In this document: positions 36,513 through 46,204 of the stretch, piece after piece | Position numbering within the stretch: position 1 is the stretch's first letter | Layout of the letters: each line of letters begins with the position of its first letter | Source: an uncultured Chloroflexia bacterium | GTDB taxonomy: Bacteria; Chloroflexota; Limnocylindria; QHBO01 | Length of the DNA: 64,000 nt | Direction of reading: 5' to 3' | Assembly: GCA_963847375.1 (NCBI GenBank) | Contig: CAWJZO010000001.1 | Location: 1,083,904 to 1,147,903, forward strand | Translations under genes and position numbers: made by a program | The notes under the pieces: generated by a model | Seen by the model: the letters and a program-made list of their open reading frames with translations, nothing else | Told to the model about the DNA's origin: nothing | The model's database searches: none

Positions 36513-36535
36513 ATCCACGCTGACCGCCGCGACGT

Positions 36536-37930
36536 TCAGCGCGTCGCGAAGCGCGCGACGACATCGGCCAGCACCGGAAGCCCGAACGCGATCGCCGACA
36601 CCGGGACGCGCTCATCGTGGCCATGGAAGAGGCTCAGGAACGGCATCTCGGGGTCGAGGCGGAGCGGAGCGAAGCCGTAGCACGGGATTCCCAGCTGAGC
36701 GAGGGCCTTCGCATCGGTGCCGGGCGTGATCATCATCGGGACCGGGGTGGCCTCGGGATCCGCGGCACGCAGCGACGCGTCGGCGAGCCGGACGATCTCG
36801 GCGTCCGCCGGCCACTCGACGGGTGGCAGCGTGACGACGGCCTCGACTCTGGCGTCGTCGCCGACCACCGCCTGGAGCCGCGACAGCAGTGCGGCCTGGT
36901 CGGTGCCGGGGAGGGTGCGCACGTCGACCTCCGCCTCACCGAAGCCGGGGATGACGTTGACCTTCTTTCCGGAGCGCAGGACGGTGGGGGTGACGGTGTC
37001 GCGCAGCATGGCGTCGATCGAGCGGCGCAGGACCGGGTCCGTCACGCCGTCCTCGAGGGCCGCGTGGGCGCCCGCGGGATCGGATGCGGCCAGGTCTGCG
37101 ACCGCGCCGAGGCCGAGCGCGCGCAGGAAGTCACCGACCACGCCGATCACCCGCGCGGGCCGCTCGGCCTGGTCGGCGGCGATGGCCGCCGCCGCTCGCG
37201 CCAGGCGGATCGCGGCATTGGCGTCGTGAGGCATCGAGCCGTGGCCGGGGGTACCGGTCGTGCGCAGGCGCGTCCACGCGATGCCTTTCTCGGCGACCTG
37301 GATCGTGTAGAAGCGACGCTCGCCAAGGGTCATCGAGTAGCCGCCGACCTCGTTGAGCGCCGCCGCGGCCGAGCGGCCGGATGCGTCATGGAAGAGCTCC
37401 GGCCGCTGCTCGACGAGCCCGCGCGCGCCATGCTCGCCGCCGGCCTCCTCGTCGGCCACCGCCGCGAAGATCACGTCGCGCCGAAGCTCCGCCCCCGATC
37501 GGCGCAGCGCCAGCATCACCGCCAGCTCCATGGCAACCATGTTCTTCATGTCGACCGCGCCCCGGCCCCAGACCACCCCGTCGACGACGTCGCCGGCGAA
37601 CGGGTCGCGGGTCCATGCCTCCGCGTCGACGGGGACGACGTCGATGTGGCCGAGCAGGATGAGCGGGGGCTCGGTCGACGGCCCGCCGGCCGCGAGACGC
37701 GCCACGCACGACCCGCGCCCAGGGGTCAGCTCGATCACCTCGGAGGCGATTCCGGCGCCCTCGAGGACCTCGGCGCAGTAGCGCGCGGCCGCGGTCTCGC
37801 CGCCACGAGGATCGCGCCCGGCGGCAACCTCGGGCCCACCGTCGGGCGGGTTGACCGATGGGATGCGGATCAGCCCGCGAAGGTGCTCGACGCAGGCGTC
37901 GACGTCGAGGAAGTCGGTCAGTTCGCTCAT
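36536..37930 (-). CDS. M20-family metallopeptidase (DapE/ArgE-like)
   Basis: GHIDVVP, ...AVDMKN..., a metal-ligand E (EEAGGEHGA), and an overall M20 dimerisation-domain pattern. Confidence 0.8.
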   Translation of the reverse strand: MSELTDFLDVDACVEHLRGLIRIPSVNPPDGGPEVAAGRDPRGGETAAARYCAEVLEGAGIASEVIELTPGRGSCVARLAAGGPSTEPPLILLGHIDVVPVDAEAWTRDPFAGDVVDGVVWGRGAVDMKNMVAMELAVMLALRRSGAELRRDVIFAAVADEEAGGEHGARGLVEQRPELFHDASGRSAAAALNEVGGYSMTLGERRFYTIQVAEKGIAWTRLRTTGTPGHGSMPHDANAAIRLARAAAAIAADQAERPARVIGVVGDFLRALGLGAVADLAASDPAGAHAALEDGVTDPVLRRSIDAMLRDTVTPTVLRSGKKVNVIPGFGEAEVDVRTLPGTDQAALLSRLQAVVGDDARVEAVVTLPPVEWPADAEIVRLADASLRAADPEATPVPMMITPGTDAKALAQLGIPCYGFAPLRLDPEMPFLSLFHGHDERVPVSAIAFGLPVLADVVARFATR

Positions 37931-39129
37931 GCAGGAGAGGGTACCGGCGGCGGCCGGTAGGCGATCATCGCTGCAATGGCGATGACCGGGGCGACGACGC
38001 TGACCATCATGCCGGCCACGATATCAACCCGTCCCCACAGCTCGGCCGCCGCCAACGATCCGGCCACGATCCCGAGGGTCGAGAGGGCGTTGATGACGCC
38101 GAACGTTCGACCGAGGCGCCGCTCCGACGCGGTGTCGGCCAGGAGCGCGTACCACGAGGCGCTGAACGCGGTCCACGCGCCGCCGGAGAGCACGCCCAGC
38201 CCGTAGACGGCCGCCATCGGGAGGCCGATGACGAGCCCCAGCCCGAAAGCCGCGATCGCGATCGGCGCAAGGATCGCCACCAGGCGGCGACCGATCCGAT
38301 CGGCGAGGTGGGCGAGCGCCGGGCCGAGCAGGATGCTGCCGGCGCCGAAGAACGAGAACGCGATGCCGACCTCCACGATCGACCAGCCGAGACGGGTCGT
38401 TGCCAAGGGGGCGTAGGTGGTGATGAATGCGCCGTACGAGGCGAGGAGCGCGAGGTTGGCGACGAGGAGCGCTGCCAGCGGCCCGACGTGCAGGGGCTCG
38501 TCGGGCTCGTCATCGGTCTCGGCAGCGCGGGCGGCGCGCCCGCGGGAGGGGAGGAAGAGCGTGCCGACCAGTGCGACCGCGCTCGTCAGCGCCACGATGA
38601 CGAACGGCGCGCGCAGCCCGCCGATCGCCGCCGCGAAGCCGCCGAATGCCGGACCGGCGACCGTTCCCGCCGACTGCGCCGCGGAGATGATGCCGTTGGC
38701 GAAGGCGCGACGCGCCGGCTCGATCGACTGTGCCAGGTAGATGCGCTCGGACACGATCATCGCCCCGCCGCCGAGTCCAGCGGTCGTGCGCCAGGTGAGG
38801 AGCCACGCCGCGGTGGCTGCGGTCGCGATCAGCGCGTTCATCGCGCCGTACAGCGCCAGCCCGGCGGTCAGCAGCCGCCTCGCCCCCCACTGCTCGGAGA
38901 GGAACCCAGCGCCGAGCTGACCGAACGCATTCGTGACGGCGAAGGCGCTTGTCAGCAGCCCGAGCACGATCGGCGGCGCCCCCAACTCGGTGGCGTACAG
39001 CGGCAGGAGCGGGAGCATGACGCTGATCCCGACCTGGCTGACGAAGCCGATGGCGGCGAGCAGCCCGAGCGCCGGATCGACGGCGCCGACCGCCCGCTGC
39101 AGGCGTGAGCCCGCGACCCGATCCGACAC
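37927..39129 (-). CDS. MFS transporter
   Basis: 12 TM helices and an MFS-type loop motif. ATGA overlap with the M20 gene. Confidence 0.8.
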   Translation of the reverse strand: MSDRVAGSRLQRAVGAVDPALGLLAAIGFVSQVGISVMLPLLPLYATELGAPPIVLGLLTSAFAVTNAFGQLGAGFLSEQWGARRLLTAGLALYGAMNALIATAATAAWLLTWRTTAGLGGGAMIVSERIYLAQSIEPARRAFANGIISAAQSAGTVAGPAFGGFAAAIGGLRAPFVIVALTSAVALVGTLFLPSRGRAARAAETDDEPDEPLHVGPLAALLVANLALLASYGAFITTYAPLATTRLGWSIVEVGIAFSFFGAGSILLGPALAHLADRIGRRLVAILAPIAIAAFGLGLVIGLPMAAVYGLGVLSGGAWTAFSASWYALLADTASERRLGRTFGVINALSTLGIVAGSLAAAELWGRVDIVAGMMVSVVAPVIAIAAMIAYRPPPVPSPA

Positions 39130-39154
39130 GCCGCCGATGGTAGCGCGGACGAGC

Positions 39155-40086
39155 TCAGGCCTCGGGGAGGACCTCCCGGATCGGTGGCCGATGCGGCACC
39201 GCGGTCGCGTGGCGGCGCTCGGTGAGGAGCGCCAGCGGCACTTCGGCCGCGATCATGACGAGCGAGATCAGGAGCAGGATCGGTTCGGTCTGCGCGAGGC
39301 CGAGCCAGAAGAGCGCGATGAGGAAGAAGCCGTGGATCGCGAAGCGGATGACGAAGGCCATGCGCAGGTCGACGATCGCCACCGACGCGCCGTTCGGCCG
39401 GCCGCGGTCCGGGCCGAGCACGCCCCACGCCGCCACCGCCAGGAACGCGGAGAAGGTCAACCCGAAGAGCACGAGCCCGCCGCCGGGAGCAGGGTCGACG
39501 AGCGGCAAAACCAGGGCGAACGGGATGATGCAGGCCACGAGAAAGACGAACGCGGGGATCGGGACGAGCAGCTGGAGCCACTCGAGCGCCGGCCGCTGCC
39601 GGGCGGCATCGCGCAGGTGGCGGGTGAAGAGGCTGTAGCCGAGGGTGACGAACAGCCACGAGTAGAAGTTGCCCGCGGGCACGCCGAACCAGCCGTCGGC
39701 GAGGCCGACCTCGCGCCACGTCCAGAGGCCCATGCGGATGGCGATCGCGTCGAACGCGAGGTCAAGCATCAGCGCCAGCACGCTGTCGACGACGGGGGCG
39801 TATCGGCGCCGCACGCCGAGCGCATCGGTGATGCGCATGGCACCGGCGATGATCAGCGCCCAGGTCAGGCCGATGACGACCGGAGCCCGGTCGATGGCGA
39901 GGATCCACTCGGACGCGTACTCGTAGGTCTCGAAGATGAGCTGGTCGCCCTCCTCGAGCAGGATCCCGAAGACGGCGGCGCTGATGAGCTCGAGGAACGG
40001 GAGCCGCCCGCGTCGCAGGGCGAAGACGGCGGCGATGACGAAGAAGGTCGTCGCCCCGAGCTCGAGCACGATGTACAGGGCGTTCA
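39155..40086 (-). CDS. Polytopic integral membrane protein (about 8 TM), unknown function
   Basis: The ORF track fuses it into a 1056-aa ORF (39155-42325) whose upstream 2.2 kb is antisense to aldH and GrpB. I take the real start at ATG 40084-40086 (MNALYIVLEL...). Confidence 0.6.
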
Positions 40087-40183
40087 TGCGCCCCCATCGT
40101 AGCAAGTTATTAGAAGGCCGGCCGAGCCCCAGCTTTCTCTGCAGGGACCGGTCCAAATTCGATCCGGTCGTAGAATCGGCGGC

Positions 40184-41626
40184 ATGACGACCGAGGTTCG
40201 GGCTCCGAGCGTCCCGATCTATCTCGCCGGCGAGTTCGTGGAGGCCGGCGCGCCGCTGGAGGTGCGCAACCCCGCGACCGACGAGATCGTGGCGACGACG
40301 TTCCAGGCCGGGGCCGCCGAGCTCGACCGAGCCGTCGCTGCAGCGGTCGAGGCCTTCGAGCGGACGAGGCACCTGGCCAGTTACGAGCGGCGCGATGCCC
40401 TCGCCCACGTCGCGGCGTGCATCGAGCGCGACGCCGACGAGCTCGCCGTGCTCCTCACCCGCGAGTCGGGAAAGCCGATCCGCGACGCCCGCGGCGAGGT
40501 CGCCCGCGCGGCGCTCACGTTCCGCACCGCGGCCGAGGAGTCGCTGCGCATCAACGGGGAGTGGCTGCCGCTCGACTGGGCACCGGCGAACCGGGGCCGG
40601 CACGGGATCGTGCGGCGCTATCCCATCGGTCCGGTGGCCGGCATCAGCCCCTTCAACTTCCCGCTCAACCTCGCCGCGCACAAGGTTGCGCCGGCGATCG
40701 CGGCCGGCTGCAGCATCGTGCTCAAGCCGCCGTCGAAGGACCCGCTGGTGATGCTGCGCATCGCCCGCTACCTCGACGAGACCGATCTGCCCAAGGGCGC
40801 GGTGAGCATCCTGCCGATGGACCGACCGACCGGCGACCGGATGGTCTCGGACGATCGGTTCAAGCTCCTCTCGTTCACGGGCTCGCCGAGCGTGGGCTGG
40901 AAGATGAAGGCCGATGCCGGGAAGAAGAAGGTCGTCCTGGAGCTGGGCGGCAACGCCGGGGCAGTCGTCGACGAGACCGCCGACCTCGACTGGGCCGTCG
41001 ACCGCCTCGTGTACGGCTCGTTCGCGTACGCCGGGCAGGTGTGCATCAGCGTCCAGCGCATCTACGTCGTGCGCGCCGTCTACGACGAGTTCACGCGACG
41101 CTTCGTCGAGCGCGTCGAGCGCGTGAAGGTCGGCGATCCGCTCGACGCCGACACCGAGCTCGGACCGATGGTGGACGAGAAGGCGGTCGAGCGCACCCAC
41201 GGATGGGTGACCGATGCGATCCGCGACGGCGCCCGCGCCCTCGTCTCCGGCGAGCCCGACGGCCGCTGGTACCCGCCGACGGTGCTCGTCGACGTGCCAC
41301 GCGACGCGATGATCTGCTCCGAGGAGGCCTTCGCGCCGGTCGTCAACCTGTTCGCCGTGGACTCGTTCGCCGATGCGCTCGCCGCGATCAACGACAGCCG
41401 CTTCGGGCTCCAATGCGGCCTCTTCACCGCGTCGCTCGACCACACCCTCGTCGCGCACGACGAGCTCGAGGTGGGCGGGATCATCGTCAACGACGTGCCG
41501 ACCTGGCGCACCGACGCGATGCCGTACGGAGGCGTCAAGGACTCGGGCCTCGGGCGCGAGGGCCTGCGCTGGAGCATCGAGGACATGACCGAGCCGCGGC
41601 TGTTGGCCTTCGCGCGCCCTCAGTGA
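40184..41626 (+). CDS. NAD(P)-dependent aldehyde dehydrogenase
   Basis: Catalytic ELGGNA and the Cys block (FAYAGQVCIS), plus the overall ALDH pattern. Confidence 0.9.
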   Translation: MTTEVRAPSVPIYLAGEFVEAGAPLEVRNPATDEIVATTFQAGAAELDRAVAAAVEAFERTRHLASYERRDALAHVAACIERDADELAVLLTRESGKPIRDARGEVARAALTFRTAAEESLRINGEWLPLDWAPANRGRHGIVRRYPIGPVAGISPFNFPLNLAAHKVAPAIAAGCSIVLKPPSKDPLVMLRIARYLDETDLPKGAVSILPMDRPTGDRMVSDDRFKLLSFTGSPSVGWKMKADAGKKKVVLELGGNAGAVVDETADLDWAVDRLVYGSFAYAGQVCISVQRIYVVRAVYDEFTRRFVERVERVKVGDPLDADTELGPMVDEKAVERTHGWVTDAIRDGARALVSGEPDGRWYPPTVLVDVPRDAMICSEEAFAPVVNLFAVDSFADALAAINDSRFGLQCGLFTASLDHTLVAHDELEVGGIIVNDVPTWRTDAMPYGGVKDSGLGREGLRWSIEDMTEPRLLAFARPQ

Positions 41627-41635
41627 AGCGATTCG

Positions 41636-42439
41636 ATGACGCTGGACGACGCCCTCGCCCGGAGGCTCCGCGCCGTCGGGGTCGATCCAATTAACCCTGG
41701 CGATGCACGAGAGGCGTTCCTGCGCCTGCATGACCGCTACGGCCAGCGCGCCACACTCCTGGACCGCTACGCCCTGGAGGCCGCCGCTCGCGGCGTGCGC
41801 GTCGACGAGCTCGACGAGCAGCTGCGCGCGAGCGTGACCGCCGACGTCATCGCCCTTCACGAGCCCGGCTGGGAGATCATCGACGGATCGGATCGGAGCC
41901 GCGCGGATCCCGTCGAGGTGGTGGAGTACGACCCCGAGTGGCCGGCGCGCTTCGAAAGCTGGCGCAGGCGCCTGCATGCCGCGCTCGGCTCGCTGACGAC
42001 GCGAATCGAGCACGTGGGTTCGACCGCAGTGCCGGGGTTGGCCGCGAAGCCGATCATCGACGTCCAGGTCTCGGTACCGGATGTCGCCGACGAACCGGCC
42101 TACGTTCCGGCCATCGAGCGGGCCGGGGCGGCTTTCCGCTCCCGCGACATGCGCCATCGCTACTTTCGTCCGGCGGGCGGTCTCCCGCGAGACGTCCAGG
42201 TGCATGTCTGCAGTGCGGGGTCGGGTTGGGAGCGGCAGCACCTGCTTTTCCGCGACTACTTGCGGGCCGTGGTCGCCGCTCGTGATGCCTACGCTCGGCT
42301 GAAGCGCGAGCTCTCGGCGCGGCACCGGCTGGATCGGATCGCGTACAACGAGGCAAAGACCGACTTCATCCTAGACGCAATGGCCGATGCCGAAGCCTGG
42401 GCCGACCGCACGGCATGGATGGTGGAGGGTGCCCGATGA
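41636..42439 (+). CDS. GrpB (UPF0157) family protein with an about 100-aa N-terminal extension
   Basis: VVEYDPEWPARFESWRRRLHAALGSLTTRIEHVGSTAVPGLAAKPIIDVQV... is the GrpB signature. Confidence 0.75.
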   Translation: MTLDDALARRLRAVGVDPINPGDAREAFLRLHDRYGQRATLLDRYALEAAARGVRVDELDEQLRASVTADVIALHEPGWEIIDGSDRSRADPVEVVEYDPEWPARFESWRRRLHAALGSLTTRIEHVGSTAVPGLAAKPIIDVQVSVPDVADEPAYVPAIERAGAAFRSRDMRHRYFRPAGGLPRDVQVHVCSAGSGWERQHLLFRDYLRAVVAARDAYARLKRELSARHRLDRIAYNEAKTDFILDAMADAEAWADRTAWMVEGAR

Positions 42440-42792
42440 CGCTGGCCATCCGCTTCGCGCGCATCCTGCGCGCCGAGGAGCTGCGTGACGGCGAGCTGAT
42501 CCCCGTCGAGATCGACGGTACGCCGGTCGTCCTCGTCCGGCACGCCGGCGCCTTCTTTGCTGTGCAGAACAACTGCTCGCACAAGGACTTCCCGTTGAGC
42601 GAGGCCGGCTTCGACCCGCGCGACGGGGTGCTGGTGTGCGCGTGGCACGGGGGCTGTTTCGACGTGCGCACCGGCGAGGCGGTCGTCCCGCCCGCCGCCG
42701 AGCCGGTCGAGACCTTCCCGGTGCGGGTCACCGATGGCTGGGTCGAGCTCGGCCTCACCGGCAGCCTGGCCCCACGCCAGGGCGCGGCATAG
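42436..42792 (+). CDS. Rieske [2Fe-2S] domain protein
   Basis: CSHKDFPLS ... CAWHGGCF Rieske boxes (CxH...CxxH). ATGA overlap with GrpB. Confidence 0.85.
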   Translation: MTLAIRFARILRAEELRDGELIPVEIDGTPVVLVRHAGAFFAVQNNCSHKDFPLSEAGFDPRDGVLVCAWHGGCFDVRTGEAVVPPAAEPVETFPVRVTDGWVELGLTGSLAPRQGAA

Positions 42793-42803
42793 CTCCGCGG
42801 CCG

Positions 42804-43580
42804 ATGCGCATCGAGGCCGTCCTCTTCGTCAACTGGATCTTCTGGGCCGCGCTCTCGGCCGGCACGCTGCTCGTCGTCGGCGTTAGCGAGCGGCTGGGCG
42901 GCACGACTCGCGGCTACCGGCTGTTCATGGCCTGGCTGCTCGTCGCCTTCGCCGCCGTCCTGGTTGCCAGCGACCTCGCCCTGCCGGCCGGCGTCGAGGC
43001 GTCGGGCACGGCCGAGCTGCGCAGGCCACTGACCCTCGCCTTCGCCGCCGGCGCCGGCGTCTACCTCGTCGCCTCGCTCGCCGGCTGGCCACGGAGCGGG
43101 CTCGCCATCGGCTCGGGGCTCATCGGCATCGCCGCGCTCGTCGTGCTTGCCGCGGCCGGTGGGACCGACAACGCCGCCCTCTTTGCCGGACAGCTCGTGC
43201 TCGCGGCGCTCGCGCTCGGCGCGGTGAACGCGGGCATGCTGCTGGGCCACTGGTACCTCGTCACGCCGAAGCTGTCGCCCGCGCCGCTCCGCCGCATGAT
43301 GTGGCTCCTCGTCGGGTGCCTCGTGCTCCAGGGGATCGCCTTCGTCGTCGCGGTCACCACCGGTCCGGAGGCCCTCGAGGGCGGGCTGGGCATGCTCACC
43401 TGGCTTCGCCTCGGCGTCGGCATCCTGCTGCCGCTGGTGGCCGCAGGCCTCGCCATCGCGGCCTCGTCGGCGGCGTCGCTGCAGGCGTCGACCGGGCTGC
43501 TGTACATCGGCCTGGCGCTGGTGATGGCCGGCTCGATCGCCGGAGCGAGCATCGCCTATCTGACCGGCGTGCCGGTCTAG
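42804..43580 (+). CDS. Integral membrane protein, unknown function
   Basis: About 8 hydrophobic helices. The start is taken at the internal Met after the Rieske gene. Confidence 0.55.
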   Translation: MRIEAVLFVNWIFWAALSAGTLLVVGVSERLGGTTRGYRLFMAWLLVAFAAVLVASDLALPAGVEASGTAELRRPLTLAFAAGAGVYLVASLAGWPRSGLAIGSGLIGIAALVVLAAAGGTDNAALFAGQLVLAALALGAVNAGMLLGHWYLVTPKLSPAPLRRMMWLLVGCLVLQGIAFVVAVTTGPEALEGGLGMLTWLRLGVGILLPLVAAGLAIAASSAASLQASTGLLYIGLALVMAGSIAGASIAYLTGVPV

Positions 43581-43584
43581 ACCG

Positions 43585-44235
43585 ATGCGGATCACGGCGC
43601 GCACCTTCGCCTCGCTGCGCGAGCTCTCGGTGGACCGATGCGAGCTCGAGCTCGACGCCGGCGCAACCGTCGGCGATGCCTGGGGCGCGCTGGCGGCGCT
43701 GCACCCCGACCTGCATCCGCAGCGGCCGTACGTGCGCGCGGCGCGGAACGGCGCGTACGTGCCCTGGGACGAGCCGGTCGCCGACGGCGACGTCGTCGCC
43801 TTCCTGCCGCCGGTGAGCGGCGGCTCCTCGTCGCTGACCGAGGCGCCAATCGACGTCACAGCGCTCGAGCGCGCGGTGGCGGGTTCAGGGATGGGGGCGA
43901 TCGTCACCTTCGTCGGCCGCGCGCGTGACGTCGCCGACGACGAGCGGACCGTCGTCGAGCTCGAGTACGAGGCATATGCGGAGATGGCCGAATCGGTCCT
44001 CGACCAGATCCGCGCGGAGGCCGAGCGGCGGTTCGGCGTGGCGTGCGCGGTTGTCCATCGGTCCGGGGTCGTGCCGATCGGCGAAGCCGCCGTGGCCATC
44101 GTCACCGCCGCGCGCCACCGGGCGGAGGCGTACGAGGCCAATCGATTCGTGATCGAGGCGATCAAGGAGAGGCTGCCGATCTGGAAGCGCGAGCGCTTCG
44201 CCGACGGCAGCGAGTGGAAGCGGCCCGGCGCCTAG
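43585..44235 (+). CDS. moaDE: Molybdopterin synthase MoaD-MoaE fusion protein
   Basis: The N-terminal ThiS/MoaD-like domain ends ...VVAFLPPVSGG. The C-terminal MoaE domain is ...GAIVTFVGRARD...VVELEYEAYAEMAE...VHRSGVVPIGEAAVAIVTAARHRAEAYEANRFVIEAIKERLPIWKRE. Confidence 0.8.
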   Translation: MRITARTFASLRELSVDRCELELDAGATVGDAWGALAALHPDLHPQRPYVRAARNGAYVPWDEPVADGDVVAFLPPVSGGSSSLTEAPIDVTALERAVAGSGMGAIVTFVGRARDVADDERTVVELEYEAYAEMAESVLDQIRAEAERRFGVACAVVHRSGVVPIGEAAVAIVTAARHRAEAYEANRFVIEAIKERLPIWKRERFADGSEWKRPGA

Positions 44236-44289
44236 AGGTGATGCTCGCGGCCGTTGTCGGGTCGCCGCCGCGCGCCGTGCGGCTCCGGT

Positions 44290-44359
44290 GCGTCGCGAGC
44301 GCGCGGGCGAGGGTCGTCTTGCCAGAACAGCTCGTGCCGTGGACGTTGATTCGTTGCAT
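44290..44359 (-). pseudogene. Remnant of a P-loop kinase/ATPase gene (only the N-terminal ~22 codons are recognisable)
   Basis: MQRINVHGTSCSGKTTLARALA (GxxxxGK[ST] plus TLA..LA) then degenerates. No continuation is found in any frame before running antisense into moaDE. Confidence 0.3.
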
Positions 44360-44427
44360 CGGCGGGTGAGGGTAGCCGACTCGCGTCGCGTGCACGCACC
44401 GGCCGTGAGGGGCACAATGCGCGGGAT

Positions 44428-45564
44428 ATGGCGACCCCCAAGCCGGGCGAGATCCGTTGCCCGACCTGCCATCGCTCGACGCCGCCCGCCGGCTTCTGCA
44501 CGCAGTGCGGCTCGGCGATTCCGCCCGACGCCCGCGCCCGACCGCGCGGCATGGACCGTGACGAGCTCCAGAGCCGCATCCGCGCGCGACAGTCGGGAGG
44601 AGACCCCTACCGGCGCGGAGGGACGGTGGACGACCAGGCCGGCGGATACAAGCCGTACGAGCCCGATCCGATCGACACCCAGGCTCGACGCCCCGATGCC
44701 GGGCCGCAGACGCGCCAGGACTACCTCGACGAGAGCGCGGCGGCCGCCGCGGCAGCCGCCGGGATCGCTGCCGGGGACGTTACCGTCGACCGTGACGACT
44801 GGGCCCGACCCGCCTCGGCCCCGACGCCGGCTGCGGCTCCGCCGCCGGGCGACGAGTGGGCACCGCCGCCATCGGACCTGCCGGTGGCCGATGCCTACCA
44901 GCCCGAGTACGTCGACAACTTCGACGACGACGCCTACGACCAGGAGCCCGATCCCTACGCGTATGACGACTGGCAGGAGCCGCGCGAGCGCCGTGCGGGG
45001 CTGGGCGCCGTGGCCATCCTCGGATTCCTCGCGCTCGGCGTCCTCGCCCTGCTCGGTGGCGCCGTGCTGGCCGGCATTTTCAGCGCCGGGCCTGGGATCG
45101 GCGCTTTGGGGGACGCGACGCCGTCGCCGACCGCGGTCGCGACTGTCGTGCCGACGCCCTCGGCGAGCGCCGACGCCGGCGAGACGCCTGCCACCAGCGG
45201 CTCTCCGGCCGCCAGCGGCGAGCCGGTCGTCTTCCCCGACGGCTTCACGGCGGAAGCGCAGCCCTGCATCCGCGGCAGCGCCACGGCGGATGGCTGCGAC
45301 TCGAACGGCGCCAGCAACAGCGGGTCGGTGGACATCTGGGTCGGGTTCCAGGGGGGCAACAGCGACGACGTGGTCGGTGCCGCGCTGGTGACGCCGGATG
45401 GTTCGGAGATCGACGGCTCGATCGACCTGGCACGGATTGGCTGCACATCGGCGTGCACGGGCTACACCTGGTTCCCGTTCGACGGCTTGGAGCCGGGCAC
45501 CTACGAGGTCCGCGTCACACGCAATGGGGAGCTCGCCGACACGGTCACGTTCGAGGTCTCGTAG
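44428..45564 (+). CDS. Membrane-anchored protein: N-terminal zinc ribbon, acidic disordered linker, one TM, extracytoplasmic beta-rich domain
   Basis: CPTCHRS...CTQCGS, a D/E/P/Y-rich region, a TM LGAVAILGFLALGVLALLGGAVLAGIF, and a C-terminal domain ending YTWFPFDGLEPGTYEVRVTRNGELADTVTFEV. Confidence 0.6.
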   Translation: MATPKPGEIRCPTCHRSTPPAGFCTQCGSAIPPDARARPRGMDRDELQSRIRARQSGGDPYRRGGTVDDQAGGYKPYEPDPIDTQARRPDAGPQTRQDYLDESAAAAAAAAGIAAGDVTVDRDDWARPASAPTPAAAPPPGDEWAPPPSDLPVADAYQPEYVDNFDDDAYDQEPDPYAYDDWQEPRERRAGLGAVAILGFLALGVLALLGGAVLAGIFSAGPGIGALGDATPSPTAVATVVPTPSASADAGETPATSGSPAASGEPVVFPDGFTAEAQPCIRGSATADGCDSNGASNSGSVDIWVGFQGGNSDDVVGAALVTPDGSEIDGSIDLARIGCTSACTGYTWFPFDGLEPGTYEVRVTRNGELADTVTFEVS

Positions 45565-45584
45565 GGACCGATCAGGCGCGCGGC

Positions 45585-46199
45585 ATGCACGATCCCGACG
45601 AGCCGATGACCCAGCCGACGTTCGAGCAGCTGCGCATTCCGGCGGCCCTGATCCTCATCATCGCCGCCGTCTTCATCTTCCTGCCGCGTGACGGCGACGA
45701 CCCGACCAGGACCGCCGGAGCCCCCGCCGGCTCGACGGCGACGGCCGGCCAGCCCGGCGGAGCGGTGAGCGTCACCCCGCCGCCGACGCCGATCGCGACG
45801 GCCACCGTCGCACCGGTCGCGGGGCCGACCGCGACTCCAGATCCAACCCCGGAGCGGACCCAGGCGGCCGCCGGCGCCATCTTCCGGGCAGAGGTGCTGG
45901 CCTGTCGATTGGTCGCCGGATCCAACTGCATCGGCCGGCTCGGCACCCTTCCGGCCAGGGCCGGCCGGCTCACCGCGCTCGTTCGCTTCACCGACGCGAT
46001 CGCCGGCGACGCGATCGCCGTGACGATGAGCGGACCGGGCGGAACGATCGCCGGCGGCCCGTTTACGCTCCAGGGCGGCGGTGACGGCTATTACTACTCG
46101 ACGTTCCCCATCGGCGGACTGCCGAACGGCGAGTACACGCTGATCGCCACGCGCAACGGGAACGAGGTCGCCACGACCTCGTTCCGGCGCGGCCGCTGA
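45585..46199 (+). CDS. Membrane-anchored secreted protein, C-terminal-domain paralog of the upstream gene
   Basis: A TM IPAALILIIAAVFIFL, a Pro/Thr/Ala-rich linker, and a C-terminus YYYSTFPIGGLPNGEYTLIATRNGNEVATTSFR similar to the C-terminus of the preceding protein. Confidence 0.55.
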   Translation: MHDPDEPMTQPTFEQLRIPAALILIIAAVFIFLPRDGDDPTRTAGAPAGSTATAGQPGGAVSVTPPPTPIATATVAPVAGPTATPDPTPERTQAAAGAIFRAEVLACRLVAGSNCIGRLGTLPARAGRLTALVRFTDAIAGDAIAVTMSGPGGTIAGGPFTLQGGGDGYYYSTFPIGGLPNGEYTLIATRNGNEVATTSFRRGR

Positions 46200-46204
46200 A
46201 GGCC

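Noticed and set aside
39155-42325. 1056-aa minus-strand ORF
   Set aside because: Only the 3' 930 nt (39155-40086) encode a plausible membrane protein. The rest is antisense to clearly real aldH and GrpB genes and has the Arg/Asp/His/Val-rich composition typical of high-GC antisense frames.
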